A DNA stretch of 64,000 bases, taken from Squalus acanthias (taxonomy: Eukaryota). Position numbers and translations under genes: made by a program. Below, piece after piece: positions 1-12,800 of this stretch; position 1 is the first letter of the stretch; each line of letters starts with the position of its first letter. The stretch lies in NCBI GenBank assembly GCA_030390025.1, contig CM059432.1:120096001-120160000 (forward strand), in the 5' to 3' direction. A model generated the notes under the pieces. The model made no database searches, was not told where the DNA came from, and saw only the letters and a list, made by a program, of their open reading frames with translations.

Positions 1-565
1 ACCCTGTGTATTCCAGCCCTCTTGAGATGTAGGCTAACAATCCATTAGCCTTTTAAATTATTTTTTGTACCTGTCCACTAGCTTTTAGTGATTTCTGTAC
101 TTGGACCCCTAAATCTCTCTGCTCCTCCACCTTCTCACCATTTAGAAAATTCTCTGGTCTATCTTTCTTAGGTCTAAAGTGGATGACCTCACACTTCCCC
201 ACATTGAATTCCATCTGCCACAGTTTTTCCCACTCACTTAATCTATCAAAGTCTCCTTGCAACTTTCTACTCCCATCTACACTACTTAACTGTGTCACCT
301 ATCTTAATGTCATCAGCAAACTTCGGTATACGGCTCTCTATTCCTTCTATGTCATTGATAAATATAATAAAAAGCTGAGGCCCCAGCATAGATCCTTTGT
401 GGACTCCATGAGTCACATCCTGCCAATTGGAGTGCATATCCATTATCCCTGCTCTCTGTCTCCTACCTTCTAACCAATTCCCTATCCAATTCCCTATCCA
501 TGTCAAAAGGTTTCCTCCAATTCAATGCACTTTTACTTTTGCTAACAGTCTCTTGTGTGGAACGT
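1..565 (-). mobile_element. CR1 LINE ORF2 RT fragment (decayed, runs off window start)
   Basis: ORFs 282..506 and 53..298 carry the CR1 RT motifs GSMLGPQLF, KFADD and WQMEFNVGKCEVIHF, with frameshifts. Confidence 0.9.
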
Positions 566-854
566 AAGACTTGTATGGTTATATTATGTTTGATCTGGTG
601 AAACAATCAAATAGATATTGTGTTACCTGTTTTGATTTCAGCAATCCTGCGGTCTCTTGTTTGTTGTATATATAGTAATTTAGCTTCATTCATGATCTGA
701 TGTAAGTTGTTGAATTGGCTTTCCTAACATCTCTAAAATTTCTACAACAGTGTCTTTTTTTTGCCTGCCATTTAGTTGAGTATTCTACATTTTGTATCTC
801 TTCAGTGTCAGTGTGTAGTCTGACACCTCTTCATTTCATCTGATATCGTTCCAG

Positions 855-927
855 TACATGGATATAAGCCAGAGACTGTTAATGACAGTTTTGGAGGAAA
901 ACAAGCCAAATTGTTTCTGTTTACAAG
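855..927 (+). other. Candidate host-gene exon (unidentified)
   Basis: Non-repeat DNA with TTCCAG acceptor and AAG|GTTCGT donor. Two frames are open (YMDISQRLLMTVLEENKPNCFCLQ or HGYKPETVNDSFGGKQAKLFLFT). No recognised homology. Confidence 0.25.
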
Positions 928-1914
928 GTTCGTCAATAATATTTAGTGACAGTTAATCTGCAGCATTCGACTTTCTGCCTTCTGACTGTTTCTGTTCTCC
1001 TTGTATATGGTTTCAAGGATTTTATAAATTCCTTACTGTTTATTATGCTGCAGTGTAGTTGTAGCTTTTTATTGTTTGGTATCAATCCATGGTTGACAAA
1101 ATTCCACTGAAAGTGATGAGTTATCATCTGTTCCATCTTCTTAACAGATTTGTAGAAAACATTATTAAACTACAGGGCCGATATTCCAACTGTTAGTAAT
1201 TTTATTCTAATTTACTGCCATGTGGAAAATGGCAGTCCAGGCTTTAGTGCTACTTTGGGCCATATTAACAGCAGTTCTCATATTGTGATGTATGCTTAAC
1301 TCAGTGGTAAATGCTTTACACCAGTGAACTGAATGTAGCAATTGACCCAATTATTGGAGACCGGATCCAATTAACTCATGCCAAATGCTCCAAATTTTAA
1401 AAGGCTATCCACCAGCAGTGCTATAATTCTCAGTTGGACCAGGTTTTGTTCCTGCTGATGTGTTTAAGGTAATATGATTAAGTGCATTTGACCTTTTCAT
1501 ATTATATTATATTTTACCAGTGTATTATCCTGAATGGACATGTTGGAAATGGATTCAAGTGCAACGTTAACAAAAAGGAAATGATTCATCTCTTGCTGCT
1601 GGACAAATCAAGATATCCTTTAAATTCGTATGTTAATGACAAAAGAAAACACAGGGTAAAAAATAGTCACATGTTAATGAGCAATCTAGAAACTGTAACA
1701 GTTATCCCAATATGGATGAACAGGAAACACACTGATGATTTTTAAATCTTTGGAATATAAGATTATGAGACAGCATGGACTGAGCAAAGGCATTTGGCTT
1801 GCTTATTTTGTATAAAAGCTAGCTTATCTATGGGCTATATGGCCTAGAAATTGGTTTGTGCCTGATACACAATTTACAAGTAATACGAACGCATACTTCT
1901 TCATGGTATTCTAA

Positions 1915-2025
1915 GGGGGCAAAATCTGTAGCATAGATCACATGCAACAAAAACAACAACTTAGTATGTTATGGGCCCATTTTGTATCAAAACAAAGGGC
2001 AAAGCGAAAGTCCAATTTTGCCCCC
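1915..2025. mobile_element. Tiny Harbinger/Tourist-like MITE
   Basis: CTAAGGGGGCAAAAT (1911-1925) is the exact reverse complement of ATTTTGCCCCCTTAG (2015-2029). Flanks are TAA/TTA. Confidence 0.5.
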
Positions 2026-2039
2026 TTAGAGTCCCATGC

Positions 2040-3323
2040 TTAATCCTTTATTATCTTTTATCTCTATCCATATGGATTCTATTTTTGTCTTGCTGATATC
2101 TACGTCTCTTTTTTCTACTGCCATTATGTTATCCCTAATAAGTACAGCTATTCCCTCTCTATCTTTTCTAAATATGTTATACCCTGCAATGTTTAATTCC
2201 CAGTCCTGATTTTTCTATAGCCATGTCTCAGTAATCCCTACTATGTCTGGTTCCTCCCAATGCATGATTGCCTCCAGCTCCCTTGTTTTATTACAGACAC
2301 TGTGTGCATTGCTGTACAGACAGTTAACTCATTTTTAATAGGATTTCCTCTCACTTTATGTTTAACCATCTTTTTTAGACTCCTGTTCTATAACACTATT
2401 TGCTCCCTTACCGCCAATGTCCTCCCTTACTTTATTCTTTCCTATGCTCACTTTTCCTGTTTTGTTTATATTCAGGATGCTTACATTTCTTGTAGATCCC
2501 TCCCCTTTTCTTACTAGTTTAAAGCCTTTGTCACCTCCCTATTTACCCTTTCCACTAGGACACGGGTCCCATCCCAGTTCAGGTGGAGCCCGTCCCATCG
2601 GTACAGCTCCTTCCTGTCCCAGAACTGGTGCCAGTGTCCCATGAAAATTAACCCCTATTTCCCACATCAGCCCTTTAGCCACGTGTTAATTCTCCTGATC
2701 TGTCTGCTTCTACGCCAATTTGTACGTGGCTCGGGCAATAATCCAGAGATTATAACCCTTGAGGTCCTGCTTTTTAATTTAGAGCCTAACTCCTGAAACT
2801 CTTTCAGCAACACCTCCTCCCTGTTCCTACCTATGTCGTTTGTTCTACCATGGACCACAACAACTGGATTTACCCCCTCCCTTTTGAAGTTCCTCTCCAA
2901 CCGCCGTGAGATATCCCTTACCCTGGGCAACACACCCTTCAGGATTCTCATTCTTGGCTGCAGAGAATGCTATCTAGCCCCATAATTCTAGATTCCCCTA
3001 TTACTACCACATTTCTATTCTGCTCTTCCCCCCCTTGGACAGCCTTCTGAGCCATGGTGCCTTGGTCTGCATTGTGGCTGTCCTGCCCGCAGTCTTTCTC
3101 CTTGTCCTCACAAGTAGCAAGTATATCGTACCTGTTGGATAGGATCAGTGTCTGCGGGACCTCCTTCTCAACCTCTCGTAAATCCCCACTACCTGGCTCC
3201 CTAACAGTCACACCCTCCCATTCCTGAACCTGTGCTTTCCTCTGGGGTGTGACTGTATTCTGGATAAAACTGTCCAGAAATTCCTCCCCCTCGCTTATGT
3301 GTCAGAGTGTCTCCAACTCGCAC
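2040..3323 (-). mobile_element. CR1 5' segment: ORF1 SGNH esterase plus start of APE endonuclease
   Basis: ORFs 2948..3211 and 2667..2951 (VVVIGESRI, VVVHGRTNDIG, IISGLLP), followed by an APE N-terminus near 2310. Confidence 0.85.
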
Positions 3324-3814
3324 TTATCATGAGGAGCGCATGATAAGAGAGAATATGAAGGGATTAAGAGAGAAGTCAAAAAAACAATTAGGAAGGCAAA
3401 GAGGAACTATAAAATTAAATTATCAAGGAACATAAAACAAAATAGCAAAATATTTTACAGGCACATCAATAAAAAAAGGAAGGTTAGGATGGGAATAGGG
3501 CCATTAAGGGATAGACAGGACAATACCACAGGTAATGAGAGGGAGATGGCAGAAATATTAAATCATTATTTCGCGTCAGTATTTACCAGGGAGATAGAAC
3601 AGGTAGACATGACATTGCATGATGAGATGAGTAATGAAATAAGTGCATTTAAGATAAAAAAAGGGGATGTATTAAATAAACTAAAATCAATCTCAAAGAG
3701 GATAAAATCCCTGGTCCGGATCGATTGTATCCATGCATTTAAAAAATCTAGGGAAGAGATAGCAGAGGCATTACTACACATATTTAATAATTCGTTAGAA
3801 AAAGGTGACAGCAC

Positions 3815-4125
3815 GAGAAGGAGACACCGTGGGACACAGTCACTAGAAGGAGATGCAGCGCGCGACACCTCACTAGAAGGAGACACCGTGGGACACACTC
3901 ACTAGAAGGAGATGCACCGCGGGACACCTCACTAGAAGGAGACGCCATGGGACACACTCACTGGAAGGAAACACCGTGGGACACACTCACAGGAAGGAGA
4001 CACACTATAAGGAGGTCGGGACCCAGGAGCGAGGTCGAGGCTCAGGAGTGAGGTCGAGGCCCAGGAGCGAGGTCGAGGCCCAGGAGCGAGGACAAGCACA
4101 GCAGCGAGGTCGAGGCCCAGGAGTG
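3815..4125 (+). repeat. Two tandem arrays in the RTE 5' UTR: ~29-30-bp unit (~7 copies) then ~19-bp unit (~5 copies)
   Basis: CACTAGAAGGAGACACCGTGGGACACACT-like units at 3841, 3871, 3900, 3930, 3959 and 3988. GGTCGAGGCCCAGGAGCGA-like units at 4014-4125. Confidence 0.9.
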
Positions 4126-7100
4126 GCGCAGCGTGGACCAGCAGCGGGGTCGGAAGGACCACACTGCAGCCTATGAAACCCAGGCAGAGATGACCTTCGG
4201 GAAGGAGGGAGGAGGACAGTAGTCGTATGTTTGTGTGTGTGTGCTAGGCCGATGTAGCAGAGCCTGGTCTCCAATCGTCTTGGATCCCCTTGCCATTGGA
4301 CCAAGACCTTGCTCTGTCAAGCCTGTGTGGTAGCTGGTGTGCAATGGCCACCTCACGTTAAAAGAATTCACGCACAGGCATCTTCAACCCTTTAAAATGA
4401 AATTCGGGACCTGGAACGTCAGGACCCTCATGGACAACCACAACAGCGACAGACCGGAATGCCGTACTGCTATCGTTGCCCGGGAGCTCAGACGTTTCGA
4501 CATAGACATCGCCGCTCTAAGCGAGACCTGGCGGGCAGGGGAAGGCCAGCTCAAGGAGCAAGGCGGTGGTTACACCTTCTTCTGGAAAGGCAAACCTGAA
4601 GAAAAACGGCGCCTCCATGGGGTAGGCTTCGCCATAAAAATGAGCTGGTTGAATGTCTCAGAGACTCCCCTTGTGGAATAAACGAATGCCTCATGAATCT
4701 GCGGCTCACCCTAGCCCGGAACCAGTGCGCTACGGTCATCAGTACGTACGCCCCGACACTGGAAGCCACAGACAAGACCAAAGAGGAATTCTACTCCAGC
4801 CTTGAACAATCCCTGTTCTGAGTCCCAACGGGCGACAAGCTGATCCTTCTTGGCGACTTCAACGCCAGAGTTGGAAAGGACACAGACCTCTGGGGAGGTC
4901 TGATCGGCAGAGAGGGGGAAGGGAAATCCAACTCCAAAGGTACCCTCCTCCTGACGAAATGCCTAGAACATGGCCTTGTCATAATCAACACCTTGTTCCA
5001 TCAGAGAGACAAGTACAAGGCTTCATGGCAGCACCCTCACTCCAAGCACTGGCATCTGCTGGACTACGTCATCGTCCGAGCAAGGGACCGCAAGGACGTC
5101 CGCATCACCCGCGCCATGACAGGAGCTGACAACTGCTGGACAGACCACCGCCTAATCCGCTCTGTCATCTCCATCAACGTTGCCTCAAAACAGCGGTGGC
5201 AACAGAAGCAATGCCGCAGGGAAATCAACGCTGGAGCACTCAAAGACCCTGCTAAGAAAGTCCTATTCAGCCTGCGCCTCACAACCAACCTGACGACTCC
5301 CAGTGATTCAGAGACACAGAGTGTCCACAGCACCTGGTCTGCACTCAAGGCCTCCATAATCAGCACCTGTGAAGAGACGCTCGGTCACTCGACCAGGAAA
5401 CACCAAGACTGGTTCGACGAGAATGACCAGGAGATCCAGGAGCTAATAAGCCGCAAGCGCAAGGCATTCCTGATCTGGAAACAGCAAAAGAACTCGAGAG
5501 CAAGAAAGCAGCTCTACAAAAAACTCGCGACCTAAAGTGCAGATGGTGAGTGGAGAAAGCGCAGGAGATCCAGCAGCTAGCCGACAACCACGACGTGCGT
5601 GGATTCTTTAGCGCAGTCAAGACCACCTACAGCCCAAGCACCCAAGGTCCTACCCCACTGCGGGCCAAGAACGGAGAGGTACTCATCAAAGACAGAGAGG
5701 CAGTCAATGTCCGCTGGAAGGAACACTTTGAAGATCTCCTTAACCGAGACTCTGTCTTCGACGCGAGTGTCCTCAACTCCATCCCGCAGCATGCTACCCG
5801 CCACCACCTCAGCACAACCCCAGCCCGGCATGAGGTTGAAAAGGCCATCCGACAACGGAATAACAACAAGGCCTCAGGAGCAGATGCAATCCCTGCCGAG
5901 GCGCTAAAACATGGTGGAGAAGCATTATTGGTGCGAATACATGCACTCATTTCTCTTATTTGGAAGGAGGAGTGCATAGAAACATAGAAACATAGAAGAT
6001 AGGAGCAGGAGTAGGCCATTCGGCCCCTCTAGCCTGCTCCGCCATTCAATGCGATCATGGCTGATCATCCAAATTTAGTACCCTGTCCCTGCTTTCTCCC
6101 CATATCCCTTGATCCCTTTAGCCTTAAGAAATATATCCAACTCCTTCTTGAATATATTTAATGAATTGGCCTCTACTGCCTTCTGTGGTAGAGAATTCCA
6201 CAGGTTCACCACTCTCTGGGTGAAGAAATTCCTCCTCATTTCTGTCCTAAATGGCTTACCCGTTATCCTTAGACTGTGACCCCTGGTTCTGGACTCCCCG
6301 ACCATCGGGAACATCCTTCCTGCATCTAGTCTGTCCAGTCCTGTCAGAATTTTATAAGTTTCAATGAGATCCCCTCTCATTCTTCTAAACTCCAGCGAGT
6401 ATAAGCCCAATCGACCCAATCTCTCCTCATATGTCATTCCTGTCATCGCAGATATCAACCTGGTGAATCTTCGCTGAACTCCTTCCATGGCAAGAACATC
6501 CTTCCTCAGATAAGGTGACCAAAACTGCACACAGTACTCAAGGTGTGGTCTCACCAAGGCCATGTACAACTGCAGCAGGACATCCCTGTTCCTATACTCA
6601 AACCCTTTCGCTATGAAGGCCAACATACCATTTGCCTTCTTCACCGCCTGCTGCACCTGCATGCTTACCTTCAGCGACTGGTGCACAAGGACACCCAGGT
6701 CTCGTTGCACTTCCCCTTCTCCCAATCTATTGCCATTCAGATAATAGTCTGCCTTCCTGTTTTTGACACCAAAATGGATAACCTCGCATTTATCCACGTT
6801 ATATTGCATCTGCCGTGCTTCTGCCCACTCAGCCAACCTGTCCAAATCATCCTGGAGTTTCTCGGTATCCTCCTCACAGCACACACGCCCACCCAGCGTT
6901 GTGTCATCTGCAAATATTACATCTAGTTCCCTTGTCTAGATCATTAATATATATTGTGAATAGCTGGGGTCCAAGGACCGATCCCTGCGGTACCCCACTA
7001 GTCACTGCCTGCCACTCGGAAAAAAATCCGTTTATTCCAACCCTTTGCTTTCTGTCTGCCAACCAGTTCTCTATCCAAGTCAATACCTTTCCCCCCAGTC

Positions 7101-9629
7101 CCATGTGCCTTAACTTTACACGCTAATCACTTATGCGGGACCTTATCGAAAGCCTTTTGAAAGTCCAAATACATCACATCCACTGGTTCTCCCTTATCTA
7201 TTTTACCAGTTACATCCTCAAAAAATTCCAGCAGATTAGTCAAGCACGATTTACCTTTTGTAAATCCATGTTGACTTTGTCCGATCCTGTCACTGTTTTC
7301 CAAGTGCTCTGCTATTACATCCTTTATAATGGACTCCAGCATTTTCCCCACTACCGATGTCAGGCTTACCGGTCTGTACTTCCCCATTTTCTCTCTACTA
7401 CCTTTTTTGAATAGTGGGGTAACATTAGCTACCCTCCAATCCATGGGTATTGTTACAAATTCCATCAATGCATCTACTATTTCTAGGGCCACTTCCTTAA
7501 GTACCCTAGGATGTAGATTATCAGGCCCTGGGGATTTATTGGCCTTCAATCCCGCCAATTTCCCTAACAGCATTTCCCTACAAATACTGCTTTCTTTCAG
7601 TTCCTCCCTTTCATCAGACCTTATGTTCCCTGACATCTCTGGGAGATTATTTGTGTCCTCCTTTGTGAAGACAGAACCAATATATGTATTTAATTGGTCT
7701 GCATTTCTTTGTTCCCCATTATAACTTCCCCCTGATTCTGACTGCAAGGGACCTACGCTTGACTTCACCAATCTTTTTCTCTTCACATATCTATAAAAGC
7801 TTTTACAGTCAGTTTTTATGTTCCCTACAAGCTTCCTCTCATATTCTATTTTCCCCTTATTAATTAATCCCTTTGTCCTCCTTTGTTGAATCCTAAACTG
7901 CTCCCAATCCTCAGGTTTACTGCTTTTTCTGGCCAATTTATATGTCTTCTCCTTGGATCTTATGCTATCCCTAATTTCCCTTGTTAGCCACGGTTGAGTC
8001 ACCTTTTTTGTTTTATTCTTATGCCAAACTGGGATGAACAAATTCTATAGTTCATCCATGTGGTCTTTGAATGTTTGCCATTGCCTATCCACCGTCAACC
8101 CTTTGAGTGACATTCCCCAATCAATCCTACCCAACTCGCGCCTCATACCATCATAGTTTCCTTTATTTAAATTCAGGACCCTAGTCTCTGAGTCAACTAT
8201 TTCACTCTCCATCTTAATGAAGAATTCTATCATATTATGATCGCTCCGACCCAAGGGGCCTCGTACAACAAGATTGCTAATTAATCCTTTCTCATTACAT
8301 AATACCCAGTCTAAGATGACGTGATCTCTGGTTGGTTCCTCGACATATTGGTCCAGGAAACCATCCCGTAAACACTCCAGGAATTCCTCCTCCACAGTAT
8401 TGTTACTAATTTGGTTAGCCCAATCTATATGTAAATTAAAGTCACCCATGATGACTGCTGTGCCCTTATTGCACGCTTCTCTAATTTCCCTTTTAATGCC
8501 ATCCCCAACCTCTGCATTACTGTTTGGAGGTCTATATACCACTCCCACAAACGTTTTCTGCCCCTTGGTATTTCTCAGTTCTACCCATACAGATTCCACA
8601 TCATCAGAGTTAATATCCTTCCTTACAATTGTGTTAATCCCCTCTTTAACCAGCAATGCTACGCCACCTTCCTTTCCTTTTTGCCTATCTTTCCTGAATA
8701 TCGAATACCCCTGGATGTTGTGTTCCCAGCCTTGGCCACCCTGGAGCCATGTTTCCGTGATCCCAATCAAATCATATTTGTTTACCTCTATTTGCGCAGA
8801 TAATTCATCCACCTTATTCCGAATGCTCCTCGCATTAAGACACAAAGCCTTCAGGCTTGTTTTTTTTGACGCTCTTAGACCTATTAGAATTATTATTTAC
8901 TGTGGCCATGTTTGATTTAAACCGTTGATTTCTCTGACTGCCACTTTTGTTTTTCTCCTTCCTATCTTTTGCTTTTATCCTTGTTTCCCTATCCTCTGTC
9001 TTCCTGCTCAGGTTCCCAACCCCCTGCCATTTTAGTTTAAACCCTCCCCCAGAGCAGTAGCAAACACTCCCCTAGGACATCGGTCTCGGCCCTGCCCAGG
9101 TGCAAACCATCCGGTTTGTACTGGTCCCACCTCCCCCAGAACCGGTTCCAATGTCCCAGGAATTTGAATCCCTCCCCCTTGCACCATTCCTCTAGCCACG
9201 TATTCATCTGAAATATCCTTCTATTTCTACTCTGACTAGCACGTGGCACTGGTAGCAATCCTAAGATTACTGCCTTTGAGGTCCTATTTTTTAATTTACC
9301 TCCTAACTCCCTATATTCAGCTTTTAGGACCTCATCCCCTTTTTTACCTATATCGTTGGTACCTATATGCACCACGGAAACTGGCTGTTCACCCTCCCCT
9401 TCCAAAATGTTCGGCAGCCGCTCTGAGACATCCTTGACCCTTGCACCAGGGAGGCAACACACCATCCTGGAGTCTCGTTTGCGGCCGCAGAAACGCCTAT
9501 CTATTCCCCTTATAATAGAATCCCCTATAACTATAGCTCTACCCCTCTTTTTCCTCCCGTCCTGTGCAGCAGAGCCACCCCTGGTGCCAGGAAGTTGGCT
9601 GCTGCTGCCTTCCCCTGATAAGCCATCCC

Positions 9630-9804
9630 TGTCGTAAGAATGAGCCTTACGCGTGGTGAACTTAAAGTAAGCTTTAATCAACTAAAAAGGTGCTACATAC
9701 AAAAGAGGTCTTACTCTATGCTCAGTCCAGTATTTATCCTGGACTAATCACAGGAAGTGATGCAATAAAGTTCGAGTCACAGGAAGCTGTATTGTGTTAC
9801 CACA
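9630..9804 (-). repeat. 3' LTR (175 bp)
   Basis: Identical to 13858-14051 by eye, except that it lacks the 19 bp CTCTCCAGGATCCAACTGC. Confidence 0.96.
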
Positions 9805-9822
9805 TTCTCCCCCCCCAAAAGA

Positions 9823-12800
9823 TTAGGAGGCCGGGATGCTCCCTCCATTTCGTAGCCGCCGGACGAGGGAGAGCCGCACCCGTTTGGGTTCTCGTAGCGG
9901 TAGAGGGCCCCTAGCCCGTTTACCCGCCGCGGGCCGTGGACCAGAGTCCGAGTGATCCAGCCCGCTCTGTGAGGGGTCAGGACGATCCTGACTGTGTACT
10001 GGTGCCCGAACGGGTGTCGGGCAGGGCTGTGGCAGATCCGTTTCCGAGCGTATGGTACGGGGTGGATCGTGGCTGCGCGTGCGAGCCCCGACGGGCTCAT
10101 AGTCAGTCTGCCCCAGGTCGGCACGCTGGAGTGAGGTACCAGCCGGCGTCAGATCCAGATCGTGATGAGAGGCACCTGGCGAGCCCAGAGATGTGCCTGG
10201 TACAATATCATCCCCTGGTGTCCCTCTATGTTTCGGCGGGCAGGGAGCCAGATCCCGCAATGACACGGTAGATTCCCGACCGTCAGGATACCGAATATAG
10301 GCGTAGGTAGGGTTGACGTCAGTGAGCTCAACCTCATCTACCATGGGGTCATTCTTAGACGCCCGGACATATCTTCGGAGTAGCACTGGTCCCGGTGCAG
10401 TCAGCCACGACGGGAGAGATATCCCATAGGATGAGCGACGCTGAAATCGGAAGAACCGTTCATGAGGCGTCGTATTTGTGGCGGTCGAAAGGAGGGACCG
10501 TGTGGAGTGTAATGCGTCTGGAAGTACTGCTTCCCATTGCTGGTTGGGTAGGCCCCGAGATCTCAAAGCCAGACGTACCGCATTCCAGATGATAGCGTTA
10601 AAACGCTCGACTTGCCCATTCCCGACCGGATGATAAGGCGTCGTTCTGCTGGCAGCAATACCCCGTTCCGAGAGATAGGCCTTGAGTTCGCCTGACATAA
10701 AAGAAGGGCCCCGATCCGAATGAACATAGGATGCCATGCCACAGAAAGCAAATACCTGCTCAAGGCAGCTGATAACCGTGGTCGTCAGCATATTGGGGCA
10801 GGGAAAGGCAAACGGAAAACGGGAATACTCATCGACCATGGTCAATAGATAAGTGTTGCGAGTTGAAGAGGGCAACGGCCCCTTAAAATCGATGCTAAGC
10901 CGTTGCATTGGCTGGGTCGCATGTATGAGTATACCACCCGAGGGGCGGAAAAACTGAGGTTTCAATTCCGCACAGACTCTGCAGTCCGAGCATATCTTCT
11001 TTACATCCCCGGTAGAGAATGGGAGATTTTGGGACCGCACGAAGTGTAGCATGCGAGTAACGCCCGGATGACACAACCCATCATGGATGTCTACGAGCGT
11101 AGAGGGTGCCATGGCGGAGCAGAATGCTCGTGTGAGGGTATCCGGAGCCACATTCTCCTTGCCAGGTCGATAGTGGATGGTGTAACCAAAAGAGGCCAAT
11201 TCCAGCCGCCAAAGCTGGATTTTATTATTTTTAATTTTGGTCCGTTTTCGATTATCGAGCATGAAGGCAACCGATCGCTGGTCCGTGATTAAGGTAAAGT
11301 GCTGGCGAGCTAGGAGATGAGTCCACTTCCGTACTGCCTCTATGATGGCTGTAGCTTCTTTCTCGACTGGAGGATAATGTAGCTCAGCCCCTTGAAAAGT
11401 CCTGGACAAAAATGCCACCGGACGACCTTCCTGATTCAGAGTGGCCGAGATCGCCACCTCCGAGGCATCACACTCAACGACAAAAGGAAGACTCTCATCG
11501 ATGGAGTGAAGAGCCGCTTTCTCCAACTGTTTTTTCAGGAGGTTAAAGGCTGCAACAGCCGCTGTGTCTAGTGGGAATGTGCTGGCCTTCAGTAGAGGTT
11601 GGATTCGGTCCGAGAAGTTAGGAATCCATTTAGCATAGTATGCAAACAGGCCGAGGGCCCGGCGCAAGGAGGCCGGATTCTTAGGTGGCGGGAGTTCTTG
11701 GAGTGGGCGAAGCCTTTCAGGGTCAGGTTTAATGATGCCATTGCCCACACAATAGCCAAGGATGTTGATGGTTGGTTGTGACTCAATGGATTTAGCCGCA
11801 TTTAATGTCAAATTACGGTGCTGGAGTGCATCCCAAAATCGTTGGAGATTGGCGTCATGTTCCCGCTGATTGCGACCTGCGACAGTAATATTGTCCAGAT
11901 AAGGAAACGTATCCTTCAAGTCTTCCTGTTTGACCAGGTCATCCATTGCTCGCTGGAAGACAGCCACTCCATTAGTGACCCCAAAGGGGAGGCGACGAAA
12001 TTGATACAGCCGTCCATTGGCTTCAAAGGCCGTATACTGCTTGTCTGAGACCTTCAAGGGTACCTGATGATAGGCACTTTTCAGATCATATGTTGAGAAC
12101 ACCGTGTACTCAGCCAGTTTATTAACCATATCATCGATGCGCGGCAATGGGTATGCGTCCAAGTCCGTATATTGATTGATGGTCTGTGAATAGTCAATGC
12201 ACAGCCGTTTCTTGTGAGGTTGTAGAGGGTTCTTAACAATAACGACCTGGGCGCGCCATGGCGACGAACAAGGCTCGATGATATCCTCTGCTAAAAGCCG
12301 AGAAATCTCAGCCGCAATAAAAGACTGGTCTTCCTGACTGAAACGTCGTGACTTTGTTATAATCGGTTTGCATCGAGGAGGGATACTGGTAAACAGTGAG
12401 GGTTCATCCAGTGAAGCTGCTGACAATGCACAGAACGGTAATCGAGGTCGTATATTAGAAATAGTGAGTTCAGGTTTGGATCCGCCGAACTCAATGGTGA
12501 GCTTCTTATGCTGCTTTTGAAAATCCAGCCCTAAGATAAGATCACTACATAAGTCCTTGAGCACCGAAAGCCGGGTGGAGGGATACCTGTGACCATTAAG
12601 TGTTATTTCAACCATACAAAAGCCAGAAATTCTGGTATTAAGTGATGACTGAGCCATCGCAATTGCCTGGTCCGATGGGAAAACATGTAGCTTTAACTCT
12701 GCAACAATCTGTTCCCTAATGAAACTATCAGTGGTACCTGAGTCAATTAAGGCATCTAAAGTATGTCCATTAATTGATGCTTTTGTAGCTGCATGGAATA

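Noticed and set aside
3815..4125. CRISPR-like array of ~30-bp repeats
   Set aside because: The units are contiguous without unique spacers, there are no cas genes, and the array lies in a LINE 5' UTR.
9037..9681. 214-aa stand-alone esterase gene
   Set aside because: It is CR1 ORF1 cut by the Gypsy insertion, and its start codon comes from the LTR.
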